NCBI GenBank assembly: GCA_907165135.1 | Contig: OU015569.1 | Coordinates: forward strand, 5,936,769-6,000,768 | Direction: 5' to 3' | DNA length: 64,000 nt | DNA from: Oikopleura dioica | Taxonomy: Eukaryota > Animalia > Chordata | In this document: positions 11,130 through 21,027 of the stretch, piece by piece | Layout: every line of letters starts with the position of its first letter | Numbering within the stretch: the stretch's first letter is position 1 | The notes under the pieces: model-generated | What the model saw: the letters and a program-made list of their open reading frames with translations, nothing else | Told to the model about the DNA's origin: nothing | The model's database searches: none | Translations under genes and position numbers: made by a program

Positions 11130-13660
11130 TAGATTTATCTGTTTGCATATAGATCTAGACCATCCCAGAAGTCGCAAGTTTCAGTTTTGAATCCACTTTC
11201 GCTGCGCGTAACCAATCGTTCATTGTTAGGGGTGAGCTCGTTGTATCCAAAGTGCATATACGTATTTCCGTCATTGAAGCTCTTCCATTCTGGCAGATCT
11301 GGGTCAGAATCGTAAATATCCTAAAACTTGCGTTAGTCTGTTTCTTTCTACTCAACATTTTACTTGGATTATTTTCGGGTACCAAGCACCGCTTTGATCG
11401 TTAGGGTCGCCGTTTCGAACAAAATTTCCCCAATATCGATGCATGTATCTTTCCATGAGTTTGTATTCTTTGAATGGCATTGTTCCAAATGGGTTTCCAT
11501 CCGAATCGCACTGCATGAATTCACTATTTTCCGCATTGATCTAATATAATTATTTGTCGTCAAAGCATGTTCCCACAAGAAAGGACTTACATAAGTACAG
11601 TTCAGGCTTTCTTCAGCTTCGAATGTATATTGCAAGTCGGCAGCATGGCAGGAGACGATGTGGCACCTTTTAATGTCAGATCAAACATGAAGTATGGTGA
11701 AATGATGTACCTATCATAGGTTCTGAAACCACCATGTGGAAAATGGGCAAAGTCAATAGGCATTCCAGCACGGAAGTGATATGCGTACAGATTTTTGGCA
11801 TTGTGTTCTTTATAAAACTTGCGCAGTGGGCATGTGAAAACCCAGTCGGTTGCCGGCTCTTCAATGACATCACGATCATCATGTTTTGGGCCTTTTTGCA
11901 GACAGGGCTACACATACTCTTAGTGAAAATGTATTCGATATTGATTTACCGCGTCAGAGATGCCGTTGCAAACTCCTTCAATGAGAGATAGAGCAGGTGC
12001 GCCAGCAACACCCTCGCAAATGCCAAGAGCCCCACAGAGACTATCGATGCATTCCTTTGGATTAAAATCTGATGTTGTATTTCCCCATTTAGGATCATTC
12101 GGATCATAACCTGGTGTGTTACAGATTACGTCGTATCGATCCATAATCTTGTCAAATTTTTCTTGGTCATGAACAATAGCTCGAACTCCAGCAGTTGCCT
12201 CGGCACCGCTGATAGGACTTCCCCAAACAGATCTTACGTATATTTCCGTTTCGTGCTCCACGGACCCAGCCATGATATTGATGTTCTTGTTGTATTTTCC
12301 CTCGACGAGATCCCAAAAGGGCTGTCTGTGCATGATACTATTGTCAACCATGGGCAAAAACTTCATAGCAAGAGTAAAAAGTCGATCGGGATTGACTAAC
12401 TGTGGCATTTGGCGACGAACTCGCATCACAGCATCCTTATCTAGTGCACGAAGACATGCATTTCTATCTTCAGGTGATGTTATCTGATCATTGATGCAGC
12501 CAGCAGTGTCGGCGAATTGCCAAGCTTGCTTTTGTCCTTCCCAATTTTCTTTCATCGGGATCGCGAGGGGATTCGAATGTGATACAACACTATTTATCAT
12601 GTCACTTGAGTGAAGCAAGTGCAAGAGTGTGCTGACCCCGCCTGCTGATTGTCCAAAAATCATGATTTTTTCCGGGTCTCCTCCGAACGCATCAATGTGT
12701 TCCCTGACCCACCGAATCGACTCTTGCTGATCCAAGAATCCCCAATTAGCATTAGTAGTCTCACCCTCTTCTGTCTTCTCCAACGCCATGAAGCCAAAAG
12801 GACCAAGTCTGTAGTTGACGGTAACGACGACCATGTCCATCATTGGCGCCACAAATCTTGCATCGTAAAGTGGATTTCCTCCTGCTCCACCTGCAAAGGC
12901 TCCACCGTGGAACCAAATGGCCACAGGTATTTTACGCCCCTTTTCGAAAGATTCTTTTGAGACGAAAATGTTCAAGAAGAGACAGTCTTCTTTACTGATG
13001 GGAGCGTAGCTGCTATCACCTGTTAAAAGTTCAAAAATAGTTTAACGGAAAAATGAAAATGAATTACACCAATAAACTTAGAAAAATTTTTGAACCCAAC
13101 CTTGTGCACAAAACGGTGCGTAATACCTAGCATTGTGATATCCCCATGTCTTAATGGGGCGCGGGCTTTTCCATCTGTACTCACCCTCTGGCGGTAATGC
13201 GTATGGAATGCCTTTAAATACTATACTATAGTGCTCATTGTTCACAAGTCGTGCTGGATCGCCAAGACCAGGATCGTCGTCACCCTCTTCGAACCAGGTG
13301 TAACCACGAATGTAGCCCCCTTTTGTTAAAATGTCGACAGAGTTCTTCGTTGGCGGAGGAGTCGTTGGAGTTGGAGTCGTTGTTGTTGTTGGAGTAGTCG
13401 TTGTAGTTTGAGTCGTCGTTGAAATTGGCGACGTGGTTGTTGTGGTCTCATCTTTATCGCATGATTCTCTTGTCAAGCCGAATCCGAGACCAAAACCAAG
13501 GCCAGCTATCGTTGTTCCAATGCATAGACCAATGATAAGGTTCTTCCACTAAAACAATTATTATCTCTGCTTTTTTCGTACTTTTGTACTTTTTTCCAGA
13601 ATGATCCCATTTTAGCTCGTCGAGAACTTCTGCTCTTGGCGGACTGACAAAGTCTTTTTG
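11130..13660 (-). CDS. Type-B carboxylesterase / cholinesterase-family protein with an N-terminal transmembrane anchor and a Thr/Pro-rich mucin-like stalk, multi-exon (at least 6 exons).
   Basis: The 351-aa exon 11920-12975 contains WFHGGAFAGGAGG, the oxyanion/nucleophile elbow FGGDPEKIMIFGQSAGG, and DQQESIRWV. The N-terminal esterase exon 13078-13476 (GIPYALPPEGEYRWKSPRP...) is preceded by TTTTTSPISTTTQTTTTTPTTTTTPTPTTPPPT. The upstream exon after a ttttag acceptor at 13548 encodes the hydrophobic LIIGLCIGTTIAGLGFGLGFGL. C-terminal exons about 11700-11900 (NLYAYHFRAGMPIDFAHFPHGGF), 11390-11575 (MERYMHRYWGNFVRNGDPN) and 11130-11330 (CDFWDGL) match the esterase C-terminal consensus. Confidence 0.85.
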
Positions 13661-13851
13661 GAACTGCATGTTCTTCCAGTGCCACGCCCTGATTTTTGAA
13701 CTTTTCATAGAAGGTTATTGCATGAAGATAAATCTCAACCGGACATCGATTCTGCAAATGCTAAGAGATTTTAGGAATGTGTACTCGGTAATGTTTATTG
13801 ACAGTAAAGTAAAAGAATTTACAGTGTTTCTGGCTGTGGCGTCAAAGAGTG

Positions 13852-16738
13852 TATTCAGTCATGAGACTGTGTGTTCGCTCGTGTTCCTCCCATGGAAGAT
13901 TGTCGCAAGTGTCAGGTTTGTTGGAGATGCCATCAACGTAGCCAAGTTGGCCAACGACTTGCATGATCCTATAAATGAGCATAAATTTAAGACAACCATT
14001 TTAAGCATTGTGAAAGTTCAAAGCTACCTGTACTGCTCGGAATTAGTCAAAATCAAGGAAGAAGGTTCCCTCATTGATTCCAAATACTTAGAGACACCCT
14101 TTGAAAGATATCGTTGATGAACTCTATCGGCTTCCAATACGGCCAAGCAGTGTTGTAGTGCCCAACAGCCCCAGTTTGAAACACCGCTGTAATTACAATT
14201 TAAAACATGTCTTTTATAAGAATTCATCACCATGAAAGAAGCCACATGGTGGAAGCGGAAGCAGCAATCATGTCTCCATTGTGAATTGAGCCGATAACTT
14301 CGTCATGCACTTTGCCCATGCCAAGCTCGTTTCCTCCGTCGCCGATAGCGATCGTAGGGATATTGAGGTCCAGCGCGCGGTACCAGAGATCTAAAATACA
14401 GCTAGTTTAACAATAAAATGTTTAACAATAAATAATCAGGCAATATCTACTGCACTGGCATTACCTTCAACTCTATCAATAGAGGCAGTCGGCATGGTTT
14501 CTCCGCTCATTTTGTGGCACTTGCCATCGTCCCCTGCTCCAGCACGTTCGCAGGCGACGAAACAATCAAACTCCCCTTGTTCGAGCAGCTTCATTGTAGT
14601 GTACAAACTCTCGTCCTTTGGAACAAGAATCTCCGGCAGTGGTCTTCGGATCAGGTCCTGCTCCGCCAGTTCATCGAGCAGAATAGTGAACTTGCCTACT
14701 TGCTGCTCATCCAAAAGGAATGTGACCTTTTTACCGAGACGAAGAAGAGTTACACACAATGCTGTTTTTGCGGTTTTAAGACATAGACAATTATTAATTT
14801 AGATAAGAACTTGTGAGAGTCTGACTTAAAAACCAATTTCCTGCTACGCCAATAGGCCCATCATTTTCATACGGGAACTTGCCTGGGTTGCATGGGAAAC
14901 CCGTCGTGATAAGGACAGATTTTGCATGAGAAAGTGCGAGCGAGGCTCCTTGCAGGTCCCCGGGTTGAATTAAATGTTGGATGCCACGAAGTCCAGGATC
15001 TCGGCACATGGCCGCTTCGACCATTTCCATCTTCTCGCTAGACTCGGCGGTCAGAAGTGAATAGTGTCCTTCCATCGGGTTGTATTCCACGACGTTGAGC
15101 TCCACATTTTCTCGGGCAGAGAGACCCTGAACATTATTTTATCGTATGCTTCGCTTATTTCGGTTTTACCTCATCGATAACAAGCATACTGCCCGGGGCG
15201 TGAGTAGCGGCCAACGGAAGTTTTGCAAAGTTTAACGCGCTTCCTGCTGAGACGCCGCAAGCCCAAAAACATGGAACGTCGCCATCTTTCGCGAAAACAG
15301 AATCTCCATAGTCTGGTTCCTCAATATTAGAAATGCCAATTGCTTTTGGCGAGCCTATCCAAATCGGGGCGCCATGGGACTCTGGAATGGGCGAGGTGCA
15401 AGAGGCAGCAAGGGCGAGTTTTTCTTTTGGAATGTATCGCATGGAAACAACCATTGGACCTCCGAATGGACCGCAGGGAGTCATTTCTACATTTGTCCGG
15501 TACATGGAAACATTACGCTTTTGTTCGACGTTACGCACTAGAAATTCTTTGAAAAAAAGATCGATCGGGTTTCATTTTACCTGGGACGCCATTTCGCTGG
15601 AGGGCATATTCAAATCCAAATGAACAGCCGAGAAAAAATGGTCGTAGATTTTCATATCTCGCGGGAGGGAGCAGGTACTTTTGGACGGCGCCACGGGAAC
15701 CATCCGTATACACTTCATAGCCTGGAACATCTGTTCTTGCGTCACAAAAATCCGAAGTAAGGGGCTCTGCGTTGAAATCGCCCTTTTCTTTCGACTTGTG
15801 GAGAAGAGGAAGAGGCCCGGGATTGTTTTCGCAGAACTCGACGAAATCATTGAAATGCTCGTCCGGGATGAAAGCCAAATTGGCCTGCTGATAGCCAGGG
15901 CAGAGGCCAGAAGTTGGTTTGAATTTGAACTGACCGCATCGAACTGCTTGCCGCAGATCTAATATTTTTATAAGATAACATTTTCATGGGGGTCTATTAA
16001 AAAATCGCATAACTAAAATTGATACCTGACGGAGTCTCGAATGACATTCCAGGTCCTGCCTCTGGTTTGAGCCCTACGTCATCGTTTTCTGCTTGCTCTT
16101 CGTCCACCCGTTTGAATTTCTCGTCTTTGTTTACTTTTCTTACCTTGATCGTCATGTCCTCCATATCAACGTACTGCTCTGAGAAGCGGCTTTTCCTCGA
16201 AAAATTCGATGAAATTTTCAGCTCTCGAGTTCCCAAACGCGGGAAACGCCTCATAAAGCTCAACATCAAACAAGCTTGATGGGAGGGGCTCTCTGAAAAA
16301 CAAAACTCGGAATCCACAAAACAATCCGCTAAATTTCAAAAAGAAAAAAAAGCATCGCAAATAGTGAAAATAGCCGTTCCTTCATCGTCGGCCAAGCGGA
16401 TTTCTTGTTGGCTGTTTTGGAACTCGCTCTGGTCGGAAACGTAGAGGTCTGTGGTTGGCTTACAAAACAATTCTAGCGAGAGAGAATTGTCGAAAAATTT
16501 TAGTTCAGAAAATATACTTTTTTATCAAAATATCATCTGTGTATTAATTGAAAATCACGGTATATATAATACGGTATTGATTGACTCCAAATTTGATAAA
16601 GTGATCATCAATGAATGATGTGAATCTAAGCCTTTCTTTTTCGGTACTTTCTCTCTCCTTCAAGGTCTGTGCGATTTGCGCCTTGAGTTCCTCCACAGTC
16701 GGCGCGTTCTCATCCTCAATTTCTTCGATAAAAACCAT
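13852..16738 (-). CDS. Conserved enzyme-like protein, tentatively of the DUF1445/DUF4392 (D-glutamate-cyclase-like) family, multi-exon. The 5' exons above 16320 are uncertain.
   Basis: A consecutive series of minus-strand ORF exons runs 15531-15878, 15155-15538 (VPCFWACGVSAGSALNFAKLPLAATHAPGSMLVIDE), 14794-15105 (GFPCNPGKFPYENDGPIGVAGNWF), 14436-14759 and about 14245-14400 (LDLWYRALDLNIPTIAIGDGGNELGMG). The terminal exon ends ...EYTL* about 13852. They are joined by short introns. The family assignment rests on recalled motif resemblance only. Confidence 0.5.
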
Positions 16739-16980
16739 TTTTCTTTGCCTGGTGTTTTTCGGGTGTTCAAAAAAGTTTGAAATTTTCCCGCTTTTCTAGG
16801 ATGGGACGGTAGGAGTTAACACCCATGCCGCAGCTGATAAAAATTGCATAATGGCCAATCAAGCGTCACTGGGACAGTCAGTACTCACACAGCGGGAAGT
16901 GTACAGTCCCTTGCGCCGACAAGCTTTCCAGTGAGTCATTCCGGGCGCTGCCATTCCTATCGCTTCGATGGAGATTTTTC

Positions 16981-17410
16981 TTTAGGACGATAAAAATATA
17001 TTTCTTGAGAAATTACAAAATAGCGTGTTTTGACCCTTCTTGTTTCAAGCTTTTCGAGTACTATCAGTGCTCAACTATGCTTCATAATATACCAATAGAA
17101 AGCTTAGAGCCTCTTCTAGGGGGATTTGAATTCAAAAAGAGAAATAACGGACCCGAAAAATTATTTTGATACAACTTAGGTACTTAACTTTGACGGTGAT
17201 TAAAGGGTACTTCCGGCTTCATTTGTTAGTTACACAATTTATTTTCTTCTGTTTTCTATTCAAATCCCCCAACAAGAAGCTACAAGCTTTCTTTTGATAT
17301 ATTATGAAGCATAGTTGAGCACTGATAGTACTCGAAAAGCTTGAAACAAGAAGGGTCAAAACACGCTATTTTGTAATTTCTCAGAAAATATATTTTTATC
17401 GTCCTTAGAC
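16981..17410. repeat. Near-perfect long inverted repeat (hairpin/foldback). Arms are about 16981-17132 and 17252-17410 (about 150 bp, over 95% identical) around an about 120-bp spacer.
   Basis: Left arm tttaggacgataaaaatatatttcttgagaaattacaaaatagcgtgttttgacccttcttgtttcaagcttttcgagtactatcagtgctcaactatgcttcataatata... is the reverse complement of 17283-17410. The pairing extends to gggggatttgaat / attcaaatccccc. Confidence 0.85.
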
Positions 17411-17691
17411 CGGGGTTCTCGGCTGAGGCAGGCTGATTGGACGAGCTCGGTTTGAGTTTTTCGAGAAGTCGAAAAAACATCGCTAATTTTTAGTCAGTCG
17501 CAGACATCACAAATTTTGGAATTTGAAGATGAATGTCAAGATGATCAGCGAGAAATACTGTTCTACTGAGGACTCGAAAAGATACTCTTGTAAGAACAAG
17601 AGCGACAAAGAGAGAGAGGGCAGAGCCTGTCAAATGTTTGATGAAGGTGTCTTTATAAAATAAATTTTCGATATTTAGGTTCACGGAAACT

Positions 17692-18440
17692 ATGTACGGC
17701 AAAGAAAGGGAGCCGATCTGTTTTGTGTGCGCTTCAATATTCGACAAGAAACTGCTTGAAAGGGGACGCCACTCATTCGTACCTCCTGTAAAATTCAAAT
17801 GCGCTGGTCGTGATTGCGAAAAGGAACTTACCTTCCGCCAGCTCGTCGACGGACAGTGCTGCCCTGAGACTGCGTTTGTTTTGTCTTTAGGTACCCAGTC
17901 TATGAATTCCTCTCTAATATCCTCTCAAAGAAAGCTCTGCACACGTGAACACCTTATTCCAATGCTTGAAGAATCAAGCCGACAAGTGCAAAAAAGATGT
18001 TCATCGGGCGCGATCCACCTTTGGTCGCACAAAAAAAGTCCTGGAAGAAGCAATACAGGCTCATGAAAAGTCCACACAAAAATTCGAGAAGGCTGAAGCA
18101 GCGTTCAAGACAAAGCAGCAACAAGAAAAAGAATTATTTTCACTCATTTCCAATAGAAACAGAGGTATTTTAAGTCTTAAATTCAGAATAAGAAGTGGAA
18201 ATTAGTCTAACATGCCATTTTTCAGCGATCAAACTGAGTGCAGCGTCCGAGAACGAGCAAAAGCCCGGATGCCAAGTCTGCATGGAAAACTACAACAACG
18301 ACGAACGATTTGAATGTGCTCTTCCGTGTGGCCATCGATCTTGCATGAAGTGCTTGACACATTTGTCAATCACTTGCCGATCACTATGCCCTACTTGCCA
18401 ACAGCCATTCTCAAAGGATCAGATCATCAAGCTCTACTGA
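17692..18440 (+). CDS. RING-finger (C3HC4-type) protein with an N-terminal Cys-rich region and a central Lys/Glu-rich helical segment, 3 exons.
   Basis: Exon 1 (MYGKEREPICFVCASIFDKK...FKCAGRDCEKELTFRQLVDGQCCPE) ends at ttag|gtaccc. The intron 18165-18226 ends in the classic tttttcag. The last exon carries CQVCMENYNNDERFECALPCGHRSCMKCLTHLSITCRSLCPTCQQPF. An AATAAA signal lies at 18495-18500. Confidence 0.75.
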
Positions 18441-18494
18441 ATACAACATCACTTGTCACAAATCACTGTCACTGCGACTTCCCAAGAAAAAATC

Positions 18495-18500
18495 AATAAA
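18495..18500 (+). terminator. Polyadenylation signal AATAAA about 55 nt after the RING-finger gene stop.
   Basis: aatcaataaaagcg downstream of the TGA stop at about 18438-18440. Confidence 0.5.
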
Positions 18501-18553
18501 AGCGTAATCATTACCTCTTTCAACTCTTTTGGCACATTGATATATTCTGCATT

Positions 18554-20136
18554 CATAGGGCTTCCGTATAAAAAAACAAAATTTTAACTGGGCTGACCGA
18601 ATTGTTTGAAACTCGGGGAGGGAATGTATTTTTCAGTGGAGAAAAATTTTCATCATAAAAAAAAAATTTTTATCCACGCACGTGATTGTTAAAATGAGAA
18701 AACTGATTTTCTCGTCTCGTCCCTTGTCGATTTTTTTCATTTTTAGATATGTGAAAGGGCATAGTCAAAAACCTAGATTTCTTAAAAAAAATTTATTGCA
18801 TATGCAATAAAACATCTAAAATAAGATTTTATCTTGATATTAAGATTTTATTGTTTAAAAAAAGTCCTCCGGAGGACTTTTGCTGGAAGAAGCTTTTATG
18901 AAGAAGACATTGAAAAATTAAAAATAATTTAACAAATCAATCGAAAATAATAATGTATATTTATAAAAACATATCAACTCTACTAAAAACTATCATTCGG
19001 GCTGTTACTTCGGGCCGTTTCAGCCCCGTTCCATGATTTTTAAATTTAAGGGCTTGACGGCCCTTCGGGCCGTTTCAGCCCCGTTCCATGATTTTTAAAT
19101 TTAAGGGGCTTGACGGCCCTTCGGGCCGTTTCAGCCCCGTTCCATGATTTTTAAATTTAAGGGGCTTGACGGCCCTTCGGGCCGTTTCAACCCCGTTCCA
19201 TGATTTTTAAATTTAAGGGGCTTGACGGCCCTTCGGGCCGTTTCAGCCCCGTTCCATGATTTTTAAATTTAAGGGCTTGACGGCCCTTCGGGCCGTTTCA
19301 GCCCCGTTCCATGATTTTTAAATTTAAGGGGCTTGACGGCCCTTCGGGCCGTTTCAGCCCCGTTCCATGATTTTTAAATTTAAGGGCTTGACGGCCCTTC
19401 GGGCCGTTTCAGCCCCGTTCCATGATTTTTAAATTTAAGGGCTTGACGGCCCTTCGGGCCGTTTCAACCCCGTTCCATGATTTTTAAATTTAAGGGGCTT
19501 GACGGCCCTTCGGGCCGTTTCAGCCCCGTTCCATGATTTTTAAATTTAAGGGCTTGACGGCCCTTCGGGCCGTTTCAGCCCCGTTCCATGATTTTTAAAT
19601 TTAAGGGGCTTGACAAAGGCCTGGAACTCCGAGTTGATCAATCTCAGTTATGTCCCCAACCCCACCCACACCCATGATTATTAAAATTCAATTTGTCCTT
19701 GTTTATTTGCAAATTATGGTTTTTCCGTTAAATATTGAAATATTATATATTTTTGAAAAATTTAATTCTATGTCTTCTTCTAAAAAGTTTCTTCCAGCAA
19801 AAGTCCTCCGGAGGACTTTTTAACAATAACAAAGTTAATTTTTTACTAAAAATTACTATTTCTGATGATATAAATGGCCAGTCAAAATTTTTTTTATGAA
19901 ATATTATGTTTTTGATGTTTCTCTATAACATATCAAAAAATAAAAAAAATCCACAAGTGACAACGCACAAATGAAAAATCACCATTTTTATTTATATAAT
20001 TTTGATATAAAACATTATTTTCTTTTAATTCTTTTGCCCCTAAAAACTTTTTCTTATATTGATTTATCCCTCCCATAATTATTTAAGGAAACAATGAACG
20101 GAATCAGAAACAATTTTTTTATACGGAAGCCCTATG
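18554..20136. mobile_element. Composite non-autonomous foldback-type element with nested symmetry. It has perfect 23-bp outer TIRs, about 57-bp inner inverted repeats with a palindromic core, and a central 11x tandem satellite. There is no ORF.
   Basis: Outer TIR catagggcttccgtataaaaaaa (18554-18576) is the exact reverse complement of tttttttatacggaagccctatg (20114-20136). The inner arms 18851-18910 and 19770-19826 share the palindrome agtcctccggaggact. An AT-rich interior lacks any coding potential. Confidence 0.7.
19008..19615. repeat. Tandem satellite of 11 copies of a 55-56-bp unit, cttcgggccgtttcagccccgttccatgatttttaaatttaagggcttgacggcc. Each unit carries the hairpin acggccc-ttc-gggccgt.
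   Basis: Direct reading shows 11 head-to-tail copies with only point variants (cagcccc/caacccc; aaggg/aagggg). Confidence 0.95.
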
Positions 20137-21027
20137 CATTCAACAGAGGGCGAACGCCAAATGCGATCATATATTAATATATAACTATATGGGGGAGATC
20201 AATATGTCACCAGTCTTCGGACATATTCGCGCTTCGAAAAGCGCGATCAAGCAGAAGAGACAATGACTTGCAACATGACAATGACAGATAATAAGTATAA
20301 GAGAAAGCGCAGTATGGTCAAGGGCTCATATTAGAATTAAACATAAACTTTAATCGGCTTCAATCGTAAATATGCGTGATAAGATACGGTCGTTTCTGAA
20401 ATCGTCCCTCAACAAGGTAAAATACGGAAGTTTTTCATATTAAAAACCTGTTCATAGATGCATTTCTACGTAAACTCGGAACTCCGGTAAAGGATGAAAT
20501 GCAAATGATTTATGCTAATAACTTTTATGTTATCGAAATGCTGTGCCAAAGGAACTGCTTTCAACCTAAAAGAACATGCCTTTACAAAGAAGAAAGAGTA
20601 TATTTGACTTCACTCCAAAAGAACGCTTCAAAATGCTAAAAGAGGTGCAATTATTTGAATTGACACACAATCGAGTTGCTCCTTAGGTGAATACTGCAGA
20701 AAAACAGAGTGGAGTTGGCTCGGGTAACATCGAAAGCGCCGCGTATCACGATGAGCATGAACTCACAGTGATCTTCTGGGGGCTAGGTACGATAAAACTT
20801 TGCATTTTAAAGCAATGTTCTTTTAGTTCTTTTGCTATTCTGGTCTTTGGAGTGCTACCGTACTCACTTGAAAGCGTGATTCTTCCTTATGTGCTGGCAA
20901 ACAGCACGGCAAATGCTTCTTGATCAAACCTATCAATAAAGTAAAGAAACACAAGAGTCGAGAATCTATTCTTATATATTCATCTTAATTATTCTTTCTG
21001 TGCAGTAAACGAATTCGAGAAGAAAAA

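Noticed and set aside
12163-12960. Several 70-100-aa plus-strand ORFs inside the carboxylesterase locus.
   Set aside because: They are antisense to a strongly supported 351-aa esterase exon, with no motifs.
19008-19615. The regularly spaced 55-56-bp repeat array was considered as a CRISPR array.
   Set aside because: Units are contiguous with no unique spacers, and the locus is in intron-containing eukaryotic DNA. It is a satellite inside a TIR-bounded element.
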